The notes under the pieces: generated by a model
Database searches by the model: none
What the model saw: only the letters and a program-made list of their open reading frames with translations
What the model was told of the DNA's origin: nothing
DNA from: a virus
Lineage: Duplodnaviria > Caudoviricetes
Virus record (IMG/VR): IMGVR_UViG_3300032309_001150
Location: 1-54,146 of that record
Direction: 5' to 3' (one strand)
DNA: 54,146 bases
Position numbers and translations under genes: made by a program
Part shown: one piece after another, positions 17,915-26,991 of the stretch
How positions within the stretch are numbered: position 1 is the stretch's first letter
Layout: every line of letters starts with the position of its first letter

Positions 17915-19156
17915 TTAAACAAACTTTGGAGCCTTTTGGGGGCTATTCATCGTTTTCGGATACGTCAAGTTGCTTTCCAATTTTGCGTTTTTCATCTGTG
18001 ATGCATTTTCTGCATCCAGAGCATTTCGCAAAGCTTTGTTTTCAACTTTACCGCCCTTTTTGTACGTCCCGCTAAAATTCAGTTGAGTTTTAGGTTTTGG
18101 TACAGGCTGGTTTCCTTGTGGCATCGCGACGGGTTTGCCTGTGTTAACAGTTCCCCCCGTCGCGTAGTGCTTTTTTGAAGCACCGCCATTCTTGTAACCG
18201 CCAGCGTTGGACAAAGCAACACCGCCAGTAGCGGCGTTGAGCATGGCTACACCACCAGTTGCGTAACGGTTGTAGCTATCGTCCCTTCTAGCCGTGCTGA
18301 TTTTTTTTGATGGCGTTTCGGTGGTTTTGGTAAGGCTCCTGTCTTTCTCGGCTGGAACATCACCGCCATTTTTATAGCCGCCAGCATTACTCATTGCAAC
18401 GCCGCCCGTAGCCATTTTGCCGCCGTGTTTCAATGCCAGCTTAGTGCCCTTGCCGCCCTTGTGTTGCTGGGTGTCGTGTTGCTTGAAAGCTTTTTTGACC
18501 ATAGCCTTGTCTTGCGCCATGTCAACCTTGCCGCCGTCTTTTTTGTATTTTTGAAGATGACTAACCGCTGACGAAATTACATTTTTAACTGGCCCGGCTG
18601 ATTTTACGAGTGGCGTTGGTGTTCTCGGTGTTGGTGGTAGAGCTTTTGCAACTGACGAAATTACATTTCCAACTCGCCCGGCTGATGTTGGTGCTGGTGC
18701 TGGTGTTGGAGCTTTTGCAACTGACGAAATTACTTTTTTTGCGCCGCCCAATGCTTTTTTAAGGAAGCCGCCAAGTCCTTTTTTGACAACCTTGGTTTCG
18801 CCGCCTTCTTTCATGCCAGCCACACGCTGATTTACAACTACTTCTTTGGAGATTTTTGAAGCAGGCATTTTTCCCATTTTGGGGGAAGTTGTGACTTTTG
18901 AGGTCATCGACTTTTGTGCCTTCATGCGATCTCTCGCGGAGGGCTTGCCGGGTGACTTGACAGGTGCATTGACCGCAGGACGACCAACAAACGCAGGGGT
19001 TGATGCCAACATGCTCATCGCGCCGCCTTCAGCCATTTTTGTGTGGCCGTCGGCAGATCCGCCTTTTTTCATGTTGACGTGACCACCCTTTTTGAGCTTC
19101 AGAACAACTGAAGGCTCGGTAGTCTCCATTTTTACCATCGGTTTAAATTCAGCCAT
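17915..19156 (-). CDS. Lys/Gly-rich low-complexity protein with ~15 xxxGG motifs
   Basis: 413 aa; LKKGG, MKKGG, MAEGG, MKEGG, MATGG, YKNGG x2, YATGG x2, YKKGG and others. Confidence 0.75.
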   Translation of the reverse strand: MAEFKPMVKMETTEPSVVLKLKKGGHVNMKKGGSADGHTKMAEGGAMSMLASTPAFVGRPAVNAPVKSPGKPSARDRMKAQKSMTSKVTTSPKMGKMPASKISKEVVVNQRVAGMKEGGETKVVKKGLGGFLKKALGGAKKVISSVAKAPTPAPAPTSAGRVGNVISSVAKALPPTPRTPTPLVKSAGPVKNVISSAVSHLQKYKKDGGKVDMAQDKAMVKKAFKQHDTQQHKGGKGTKLALKHGGKMATGGVAMSNAGGYKNGGDVPAEKDRSLTKTTETPSKKISTARRDDSYNRYATGGVAMLNAATGGVALSNAGGYKNGGASKKHYATGGTVNTGKPVAMPQGNQPVPKPKTQLNFSGTYKKGGKVENKALRNALDAENASQMKNAKLESNLTYPKTMNSPQKAPKFV

Positions 19157-19167
19157 GTTTTTTCTCC

Positions 19168-20205
19168 TTAGGCTTGATCTGAGCCAAGCAAACCTGCACG
19201 AGTAGCGTTGGGGCCAACTTGTATAGCGGTCATACCCAAAGCAATTACCAGACGCTGAGTGCCGTCAGGGGTGGTGGTTGGCGCATAAGTGCCACGCACG
19301 TCAGGGGTAGTTGGAGCAGAAACACTTGAAGGAACCAAGTTCAATGCATTGGCAGTGTAAGAGCCAGTGGTTGTAACTCGCGTGTTTGCCAAGTAGTTGG
19401 CTTGCGTGGTGGCGATAGAGCCAGTTGTGGAAGAAGCATTTACCCAATAGTATGTGGTGTTCAAAGACACACCAACCAAAGAACCAAGGGAGCCCGTGAA
19501 GGAAACCAAAGTGCCGCTAGGAGGCGAGTAGGCAACGGTAAAGACGCCGGGAGCGGCAATCGTTAAAGCCGACACAGCTTGAGTGCTGTAGAAGGTTGTG
19601 CCACCGCCTAAGCCTTGCAATGCAGTACCTGTATCACGAGCCAACGTGTTGTGGGTGTGGGCGCTAATAAAGTAGGTCAAGTCGGTGAATTTTGCTGGCA
19701 GACCAAATATCTTTGTGGTTCCCACGCTGACGCCTGCGGCACTAGCGGCGGAGAATGTGCAAGATGCAACTTGGAAGAATGCCTTGCGTCCAGAGGTGGT
19801 TGTGGAGGCGACGTAAGCGATGATTTCGCTCATCGGTTGGCCGTAGTAGTCAAAACCAGTGATGGTCATGGAACCAGTTGTAACGCCAGCGGCTCCGACG
19901 GTGGTCAAAGCACGGGGGTAATCCAACTGAAGCACGATAGTGCCGTCAGAGCGGGTTACACGGGTTGCGGCGGTGGAGGTGGCAGACAGTTGTGTGCCAC
20001 TGTATGTGGTTGCGCCTGTTGAGGTTGTGGAGGCCAGAATGGCGGTTGTGCTTACGGCTACAGGAACGATGTCATACAAGTAGACACGTCCCATGGGGCC
20101 AAAGCCAAGATCCATTGGGGAGGGATTGCCGAGATTGCTGAAGGTGTTGTCTTCAACATAAGACTGGGCGGAACCCAGAAAGAGGTCGTCTGAAAATTGA
20201 GGCAT
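19168..20205 (-). CDS. virion structural protein (head fibre/decoration-like)
   Basis: 345 aa Thr/Ala/Gly-rich, immediately after the capsid gene. Confidence 0.6.
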   Translation of the reverse strand: MPQFSDDLFLGSAQSYVEDNTFSNLGNPSPMDLGFGPMGRVYLYDIVPVAVSTTAILASTTSTGATTYSGTQLSATSTAATRVTRSDGTIVLQLDYPRALTTVGAAGVTTGSMTITGFDYYGQPMSEIIAYVASTTTSGRKAFFQVASCTFSAASAAGVSVGTTKIFGLPAKFTDLTYFISAHTHNTLARDTGTALQGLGGGTTFYSTQAVSALTIAAPGVFTVAYSPPSGTLVSFTGSLGSLVGVSLNTTYYWVNASSTTGSIATTQANYLANTRVTTTGSYTANALNLVPSSVSAPTTPDVRGTYAPTTTPDGTQRLVIALGMTAIQVGPNATRAGLLGSDQA

Positions 20206-20238
20206 TTTGTCTGCTCCATGAAAAGTATGACAAGATTT

Positions 20239-20268
20239 AAAAAAGGGGCGGGGGTTTAATCCCGCCCC
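20239..20268 (-). terminator. intrinsic terminator after the major capsid gene
   Basis: GGGGCGGG-8nt-CCCGCCCC plus T6 on the minus strand. Confidence 0.8.
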
Positions 20269-20279
20269 GCTTTGCGTTT

Positions 20280-21194
20280 TTACACGCCGGGTGTGCCGTA
20301 CATAGCACGCCAGTCGGTGAAGCCAACGTCGTAACGCTCTGTCGCCTTGTAGCGCATTGAGTCGGTTTCGAAGTCGCCTTCCATAGTTTTTTCCAGCTTA
20401 CGACGCATCAAAAGCTTCATGCCTTCGGGAGCATCGGTCTGAACCCACCATGCGCTTGGGTTTGTCAAACGTGACAGCACTGCCGCGCCTTCGTCCAAAA
20501 GGCCGATTGCTTTGACAGGGTTAATGTCGTTGTTTGCTGTACCAGTGCGCAAAACGGATTTCAACAACACTTCGGATTGAAAAATGTTACCGGGGGCCAC
20601 CACCAATTGGCGGGGAACCAAGCGAATTTTCTTGCCGTTGTTGTCAACTGCTTGGCGAACTTGAATCAACATCTGTTCGAGGGATGTTTGGCTCAAGTTT
20701 GCGGCTGTAGCCAACAAGTTGCTGGTAGTGCCGTTCACGATGGGGTGAGCATTGGAGTTCAATTGAACGCCGTCGCCGCCTTGATACGCTGAGTTGAAAG
20801 CGCGGTTAAGCACGTTCGCAGACAGCGTTTCTTTGGTTTCAATCAGGGATTGAGCCAAGTGGCGGGCATACACGTTACCGATACGGATGTGGTCGCCGTC
20901 TTCCACCAACACTTTGGTCAACGCAAAGGCCAAGCCATACACGTTGTACACATAGCGTTTCAGGAACAGCACGCCGCCTTGTTGGTAGCTGACAGGTGAA
21001 CCGTCAGGCAACTGAGGAGCGGCCCCAAAACCGTAAAGAACGGGTTCTTCGTGGTAGTTACGGGGAATACCTTCTTGCTCACGAAAAACTCGTGACCATT
21101 CATCGGTACGTTGGTCATAGACTCCATCGAAGCATTCGTTGAGAATTGGTTCAACAATACTTCTAAAGTCCGTACTGCGCATTGGAGCGGCCAT
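20280..21194 (-). CDS. major capsid protein (Mu gpT-like HK97 fold)
   Basis: GFGAAP, DGVQLNSNAHP, PRQLVVAP, RYKATERY..G.TDWRAMYG; strong RBS and downstream terminator. Confidence 0.85.
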   Translation of the reverse strand: MAAPMRSTDFRSIVEPILNECFDGVYDQRTDEWSRVFREQEGIPRNYHEEPVLYGFGAAPQLPDGSPVSYQQGGVLFLKRYVYNVYGLAFALTKVLVEDGDHIRIGNVYARHLAQSLIETKETLSANVLNRAFNSAYQGGDGVQLNSNAHPIVNGTTSNLLATAANLSQTSLEQMLIQVRQAVDNNGKKIRLVPRQLVVAPGNIFQSEVLLKSVLRTGTANNDINPVKAIGLLDEGAAVLSRLTNPSAWWVQTDAPEGMKLLMRRKLEKTMEGDFETDSMRYKATERYDVGFTDWRAMYGTPGV

Positions 21195-21210
21195 AGTTCA
21201 CTCCTCCTTA

Positions 21211-21810
21211 TTAAGCGATAGCGTTGAATGTGCCGAAGAATTGTGAACGTGGGTTCACAACACGAACGATCACAAAAGGATCTCCCCATGCATTGTCTGC
21301 ATAGGGGGCAAGGTCTACAACGCGCATGTCACCGGGGTTGCCATTGCCGACGGCAGTGGAAACACCCAGACCAGTAGTTGACAGACCAGTGACGTTTGAA
21401 CCACTTGTCACCGTAAAACCAGCATTGGCGCTGAAGTTAAATTCATTGCCAATCGAGGTTTGGGCGATGGTTGCGTCGGTTTGAATTTCGTAAACGATGT
21501 TGTTGTCGTTGTAGAAATAAGCGATGCAAGAGCCCGTTTGGTAAGTTTGACCAGAGGGCCAGTAGTTGGAAACGCGACGACGTCCAGTGGTGTCGGTAAA
21601 TTCACAACCAGCGAAAGCACCCGCATAAACAGCACCAGCGGCGGCATTGATAATTGTGCCAGCACTGGGGTTATAGCGGACGGGTGCGCCTTTCAAGATG
21701 TCCGAGGTGTTGTACCCCGAAGCAATACCGTTGGCCAACGCCTGTGCACGATCCAAACCAGAAGGATGAAACGCAGGACGCAAGCCGAACGGAGCAGATG
21801 TTGCAGACAT
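21211..21810 (-). CDS. capsid-associated (decoration/cement-like) protein
   Basis: APFGLRP start, GAFAGCEFTD, VYEIQ; immediately upstream of the capsid gene. Confidence 0.6.
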   Translation of the reverse strand: MSATSAPFGLRPAFHPSGLDRAQALANGIASGYNTSDILKGAPVRYNPSAGTIINAAAGAVYAGAFAGCEFTDTTGRRRVSNYWPSGQTYQTGSCIAYFYNDNNIVYEIQTDATIAQTSIGNEFNFSANAGFTVTSGSNVTGLSTTGLGVSTAVGNGNPGDMRVVDLAPYADNAWGDPFVIVRVVNPRSQFFGTFNAIA

Positions 21811-21839
21811 AGTCTAACTCCTTGTTTGATGAAACAACC

Positions 21840-22403
21840 TTAACCAGCAAATACTGGTGTGGGGATCGGGGTGTCAATATTGTCCAAACCGTCGCCTTCA
21901 ACCTGTCCAAGCCTACGGCCTGAACTGTCTCGCCCTTGTTGCGCCTCTGCTTGCAAGCGAATCTTGTTCGCTTCTTCGAGTGGAGCCTCGTGGTGAAAGT
22001 GCGCCATGATCTCTTGGTAAAGTTCCATCGGAATCTTGAACAAAAGCATTTCGTTGCACGCGATAAAACCAGCATGCTCTCCAGCCTTTACGCGCCAATT
22101 TTCGAACCCGGGAATCTCCTCCACCTTGATGGGGACGTAACCGAGTCGCATGCGCTTGTCGATGCTGTCGTAGCCGTTGGTCGTTGATAACCAGCAAACG
22201 TGAAATCCCTTTAATTCAGGGACATTGGGCAATGCGCTTTGTGTCCATTCATCCTTCCACATTTTTTTACGCTCTTCGGATGAAAAGAACTTCTCCTCTG
22301 GGGCCTCACGATCTGAATCATGACTTGCGCGATTTTCGCGTCCACCAGCAGTAAGATTTTTTTTAAGACGTTTATCCATTTTTGTAACTCCTTGTTGACT
22401 CAA
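21840..22403 (-). CDS. head-module hypothetical protein
   Basis: 187 aa between scaffold and decoration genes. Confidence 0.7.
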   Translation of the reverse strand: MSQQGVTKMDKRLKKNLTAGGRENRASHDSDREAPEEKFFSSEERKKMWKDEWTQSALPNVPELKGFHVCWLSTTNGYDSIDKRMRLGYVPIKVEEIPGFENWRVKAGEHAGFIACNEMLLFKIPMELYQEIMAHFHHEAPLEEANKIRLQAEAQQGRDSSGRRLGQVEGDGLDNIDTPIPTPVFAG

Positions 22404-23365
22404 TAATTTTTGCCTTCGAGGGCGTAACGCTTGATCATTCGCGCCCTTTTTTCTGGGTCATCCCACAAACCCGCATCCTTCATTGCTTTCACCTTTTCGG
22501 GTGACAGCGTGATGGTATTTTTTCCACCACTTGAGGAAGCGCTTTCGCGGCCTGAGCCAGTGACAACATTCTTTGGTCTAGAAGTTCGTACTGGATTTTC
22601 GTCCATGTCGTCAGTATAGCGGTGTGGAACCACTCTTGACAAGCGTCTGTCAAGTTCTTGCCAATATTCCGCCGTTTTGGGGTCGTACCCTTCATCGGCC
22701 AAGATTTGATCCTCGTTCAAAGCGCGACGGGAATCAGCATCTCTGCCACTAGGGTCGTACCACGGGTTCTTGTTCATCCAGTTGGATGCATGCCGCTGAA
22801 GCACGGGGTCTGGAGCCTGAATGGTCTGCTGGCGCTGGGGAGCGACAGAGCGTTGCTTTAGGTTGGTCAGAGCCTCATGGTTCTTGCTGGACTCGATCAA
22901 CATCTCTTGGGCGCTGACCATCAGTTCGCCATTGCCAGTTTCGGCGGCTTCTTTGATCTTTTCTTTGGCAAAGATCACTCTGGCGACCTCGTCTTCGATC
23001 CGCTTGTCAAGGCGGGCCAATTCGGAGCCAAGGGTTTTGCGCTCTACAACCGACAGGCGCTCAAGCAATTGCTGGTTTTGACGCTCAAGCTGTTGAAGCT
23101 TAATGTCTTTCTCAACAGAAACTTGCTTGTGGTAGTCCTTGCGCATACGGCGCTTGGCTCGTTTGGCTTCACGGGCGGCCTCGGCAACGGGGTCAATAGA
23201 ACCAGTTGCTTGGATCTCAGCACGCTGTGCGGCCTGATCATCCTCGTCAGAGCCGATCTGTTCGACCTCTGGGGATGGAATACTTTGGGGCAGGTCAACA
23301 ACGGCTCCGCCGTCGGCGGCTTCTTGAATGACCATGACCTCTTGTTGGGTGTTTTCTGTGCTCAT
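22400..23365 (-). CDS. capsid scaffolding protein
   Basis: acidic N-terminus, long coiled coil, WMNKNPWY, C-terminal basic helix; position in head module. Confidence 0.65.
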   Translation of the reverse strand: MSTENTQQEVMVIQEAADGGAVVDLPQSIPSPEVEQIGSDEDDQAAQRAEIQATGSIDPVAEAAREAKRAKRRMRKDYHKQVSVEKDIKLQQLERQNQQLLERLSVVERKTLGSELARLDKRIEDEVARVIFAKEKIKEAAETGNGELMVSAQEMLIESSKNHEALTNLKQRSVAPQRQQTIQAPDPVLQRHASNWMNKNPWYDPSGRDADSRRALNEDQILADEGYDPKTAEYWQELDRRLSRVVPHRYTDDMDENPVRTSRPKNVVTGSGRESASSSGGKNTITLSPEKVKAMKDAGLWDDPEKRARMIKRYALEGKNY

Positions 23366-23796
23366 ATGAAGGCTTTCATCGCAAGTGGATCACCTGTAAT
23401 GGTTGCAATGACTTCGTGGTCATTCAGCACCATAAACAAAACCGGGTCTTCGTCCTTGGGTGCGCCGGGGATTGGAACCTCCCAGCGATCACCACCCCAT
23501 TTGGGTACGCGGATGTAATCACCCTCGGCACACCAAACGCCCTCAACCCACGGCTCCATCGAATCGCGTTTGCGAAACGCTAGAGGGCCAAGCGCTATGA
23601 CTTTGCCAACCATGTTCTGCCACTTTTCGGTTTCTCTGGTTTCTTCAACCAAAACAATCCCGCTTGCGGTTACTGTCTTCTTTGTGCGGCGCAATTGCAC
23701 CAAAACTCTTGCACCAAGTGGACGCGCTCCGGGGTCTACAACAGGAAATGCTTCCCGTAAATCAGCGGCATTACCCGCTACCGTGCTATCACTCAT
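23362..23796 (-). CDS. groES: co-chaperonin GroES (Cpn10)
   Basis: PLGARVLVQ, TASGIVL, GKVIALGP, LNDHEVIA motifs. Confidence 0.85.
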   Translation of the reverse strand: MSDSTVAGNAADLREAFPVVDPGARPLGARVLVQLRRTKKTVTASGIVLVEETRETEKWQNMVGKVIALGPLAFRKRDSMEPWVEGVWCAEGDYIRVPKWGGDRWEVPIPGAPKDEDPVLFMVLNDHEVIATITGDPLAMKAFI

Positions 23797-23971
23797 CGTC
23801 TTTTTCTTTCATAAGGTTATCAAGGATGTCCAAAGACTCCTGCAAGCCTGCGTACTGCCCCACCATTCGTTGGTACGATTCAAAGTTGATGGCATTGCCT
23901 TCAGTCAATGAATTTTGTATTTCGAACTGACGCGCTTTGACAGCGCTTATGAGGTCGTTGATGTAGCGCAT
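23789..23971 (-). CDS. hypothetical helical protein
   Basis: 60 aa, FESYQRMVGQYAGL; coupled to neighbours. Confidence 0.7.
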   Translation of the reverse strand: MRYINDLISAVKARQFEIQNSLTEGNAINFESYQRMVGQYAGLQESLDILDNLMKEKDDE

Positions 23972-24141
23972 TACTTGCTTTTGCCCTTGGACTGCTTCAT
24001 GGTGGACAGGCCACCGTTTTTCTTACCGCTGTCTGAATTCGCTGTAGATGCCTGCCCTTTTGTCACATCCTCGCCTGTTGCCAGACGATAGTGTTGACGT
24101 GTTGGGCCTGCGGGCGTGCCGGGGATTTTGTTAGTAGCCAT
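23971..24141 (-). CDS. small basic protein, 56 aa (not in ORF track)
   Basis: MATNKIPGTPAGPTRQHYRLATGE...KKNGGLSTMK; start overlaps the portal stop. Confidence 0.65.
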   Translation of the reverse strand: MATNKIPGTPAGPTRQHYRLATGEDVTKGQASTANSDSGKKNGGLSTMKQSKGKSK

Positions 24142-26621
24142 CAATCACTCCTGAGTTCGCGCTGTGCGCGTAGGTTAAGTTCCATTGCAGTTTTTTCCTG
24201 CTCGTTACGCAACTTCAATTCGTCTGCGGTGATGTCCGCAGTCTTCATGCGTTCTGTTGTAAGGTTGTCTTCGGCGTTCATTGCAACCTTGGTTTCCAAT
24301 TCTTTCTGCTTGTGCGCCATCTCCGCTTGATCGCGTGCGGCGCGGCGCTGTGTCTCTGCCATAGACGCCTGCAATACCGCTTGCGATTCGGCGTCCTGTT
24401 GCGGCTGTGGCTGGAACTGCTTCATCATCTCGCCAAGCTTTTGTAGGGCCGGAACAACCTGCGCAAACACCTGCTCGGTGTCGAGCTTGACGTGGTCCGA
24501 AGCCAGCGCAATGGCCTTGTCCAGCACTTGGGCATTTTTGTTTTCTTCGTACTTGCCAAGCTGGATCTTTGTGCCTGCGGTGACGTAGGTTTCCATTTGA
24601 TTCGTGTACCACAACGTCATGTGCTGTTTGATGTGTTCCAAAACCATAGGAATGTAGTTTTGGGCGATCAAAGGGTTTGATCCAAGGGTTGGGTCTAGCG
24701 CAAAGTTCAAGTGGGCTTGTATGTGCGCTAAATGGTCTTGGCGAGGGTAGGCAAAGGCAGGCTTGCCAAGTGTCATGGCCGCGTTTTCGTTGGCCGCATC
24801 CATTTCGGTGGCTTTGCTGGTGGCAGGCATCAATTCCGAGATGTTTGGCACTTTCATTTGCTTCAGGATGCGGTTTAGCACCGCGTTTTGATCAAATGCC
24901 TGTGGATAGGTCGACATCAACTGCAAAACTGCTTGGCTTTGGGCCATGCGCTGTGTTTCGCTAAAAATATGTGGGTCTGAAACAGGGACGATGTCGCCGT
25001 TTTTCTCAAAATCTTCTTTGCTGATCTGCAAATCCTCGACAATCTCGCCCTTGTCTTGGTCATCCAAATACCAGCGATTGATACGGCCCAAAACTTGTAA
25101 TACACGGCGCTGTGAGTCGTGCAAACGGGCGTGGATTGAACTGAAAACCTTGGCTCCCTGCTCAATCAGCGCCTGAGTTGTGCCAACTGGGGTGTTGGAG
25201 TTGACGTCGGCAATCTTTTCCTCGGACGTGCTGACCACGCCCTTGGCGGCCTTGTCCAACCAGCCTAGCAACTCAAACAAAACGGGACTTGGCGGGTTGA
25301 ATGGCATTGGCATGGCGATCTTGCGGATGTCGTCGATGCCGGGAGCCGCCTCAATTTCTGTGACTTGGGTGATTTCAGGGGTTTGCGTCTGCCCGCTGTT
25401 ACGTCCGCCCTTGAGCTTTAGCATTGTCAAGGAGTTGTTTACATGAGCGGTGTCCAGCAACGCACGCAAAGCACCTGTCAAGGCCGCGCTGAGGCCGCCA
25501 ATCAGGTGCGGCAGGCCGATGGCGTATGCGCCGCGCCACGGAATGAACTTGAACTCGACCAGCCAGTCCAGTTTGTTCATTTTCTTGTCGCCCGACTCCC
25601 AGTTACGGTACAAGCCAACGGTCTTGTTGGACGACTCGTCGATCATCAGGATGTACGGCGCGGTCTTGCCTTTGGCAAACTTGTCGTCTTCAACTTCCAG
25701 CCATGTGTAGATGTGGAACACGCGGCGCAGGCCGTCCTCGTTGTCCTGATACTGGCGACCTTCAATCTTGTTGCTGGCCTTCTCGGCTCCAGACTCTTCG
25801 GGCTCGGCGTTGGCACGCACCAAGTCGATGTCGCGGTACAGGCCAGACTCCACCCGTCGCTCAAATTCCCACTCGGTTATATCCTGTATCTCTGCTACAC
25901 GTTGCGATGTGTAAAAGTTGGCCGCCGCAAATGGCAACAGGATGTTGTCGATGGGAATGAACTCGGCGCAGGGACGGCCAAGGTTCTCGTCAAACCAGAT
26001 CTTCATGTACTGTGAGCCACCCAAAGGCAATTGAGTCAACAGTTGCTCTTGCTCGTCGCGGAATTCGGCGATCTGCTCTGTCAACTGCCAATTCATGTAG
26101 TCGCGCTTGCGCTCGGCTCGGTCGGTTTTCTCGTCAGTAACTTCGCCAAGCACCTTGATGCGCACGGGGCCGTCGGGCGGAAAAAGTTCCTTCATTGCGC
26201 TGGCGGCAAAGTCCACGCAGGCTTCAGCCATCACGGGGTGAACAACGCGGCTTGCGCCTTGGAACTGAGCGCCGCCGGGGGCGTCATCGCCCAAGCCAGT
26301 GCGGCGAATGCCGTCCTCGTACTGCTTGTCGCGCTTCTTGCGGGCTTCCTTGTCCTTTTCAACCAGATCCAAGTAACGGGTGGTGAACGAACTTAGGTCA
26401 ATCAGGTTGATGGATTCGGCCAAGTTTTCGTAGAAGTCGGTTTCATCCCGAGGGCCACGGAAATCATCAGGCATGGTGACAATAGCGCCGCCATCGGGGG
26501 TTTCTTCAATGTCCGACTCCTCGATGTCAGGCATTTCAACAGTTTCGCCCTGCTCTTCTGAGCCGCTTTGGGGGCCAATAAACCTGTTGTAATCTTGCTC
26601 AATGGGCATTTCGGTAGCCAT
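24141..26621 (-). CDS. portal protein
   Basis: 826 aa; GASRVVHPVMAEA, LPLGGSQYMKIWFD, PVGTTQALIEQG, IVPVSDP; between terminase and scaffold. Confidence 0.85.
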   Translation of the reverse strand: MATEMPIEQDYNRFIGPQSGSEEQGETVEMPDIEESDIEETPDGGAIVTMPDDFRGPRDETDFYENLAESINLIDLSSFTTRYLDLVEKDKEARKKRDKQYEDGIRRTGLGDDAPGGAQFQGASRVVHPVMAEACVDFAASAMKELFPPDGPVRIKVLGEVTDEKTDRAERKRDYMNWQLTEQIAEFRDEQEQLLTQLPLGGSQYMKIWFDENLGRPCAEFIPIDNILLPFAAANFYTSQRVAEIQDITEWEFERRVESGLYRDIDLVRANAEPEESGAEKASNKIEGRQYQDNEDGLRRVFHIYTWLEVEDDKFAKGKTAPYILMIDESSNKTVGLYRNWESGDKKMNKLDWLVEFKFIPWRGAYAIGLPHLIGGLSAALTGALRALLDTAHVNNSLTMLKLKGGRNSGQTQTPEITQVTEIEAAPGIDDIRKIAMPMPFNPPSPVLFELLGWLDKAAKGVVSTSEEKIADVNSNTPVGTTQALIEQGAKVFSSIHARLHDSQRRVLQVLGRINRWYLDDQDKGEIVEDLQISKEDFEKNGDIVPVSDPHIFSETQRMAQSQAVLQLMSTYPQAFDQNAVLNRILKQMKVPNISELMPATSKATEMDAANENAAMTLGKPAFAYPRQDHLAHIQAHLNFALDPTLGSNPLIAQNYIPMVLEHIKQHMTLWYTNQMETYVTAGTKIQLGKYEENKNAQVLDKAIALASDHVKLDTEQVFAQVVPALQKLGEMMKQFQPQPQQDAESQAVLQASMAETQRRAARDQAEMAHKQKELETKVAMNAEDNLTTERMKTADITADELKLRNEQEKTAMELNLRAQRELRSD

Positions 26622-26670
26622 GTTGTTTAATCCTGTGTTACATTTCGTCTATAGATGAAAGGTTTGTTCA

Positions 26671-26991
26671 ATGAATAAAAAGATTCCACTACACGATTAC
26701 TTCGAGGCATATCGGCCATTCAGTCGAGACGGAATTGATTGGTACGTCCTCAGCAATTTGAAGTTTGATCCCTATGTTATTTCCATTCATTCCGATGAAG
26801 TGTCTGCTCGTGATCATGCGCGTCGCCTCAACGCACTTTGGAGGGAAAGGTTCTATGGTAATCATCCAGCATACTTGCACGCTCCTTCTCAGCCTCGCGG
26901 TAAGTTGGGTAGCGCTTTCCTTCTGCGGAAGTTAAAAAATTTACTGGCTGGTACTCTACTTTTTCTCCGTTCCCGATTCCAATCACGTTAG
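26671..26991 (+). CDS. possible antisense hypothetical gene
   Basis: fills the 26622-26827 gap, GAAAGG RBS upstream; 3' half overlaps the convergent gene. Confidence 0.4.
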   Translation: MNKKIPLHDYFEAYRPFSRDGIDWYVLSNLKFDPYVISIHSDEVSARDHARRLNALWRERFYGNHPAYLHAPSQPRGKLGSAFLLRKLKNLLAGTLLFLRSRFQSR

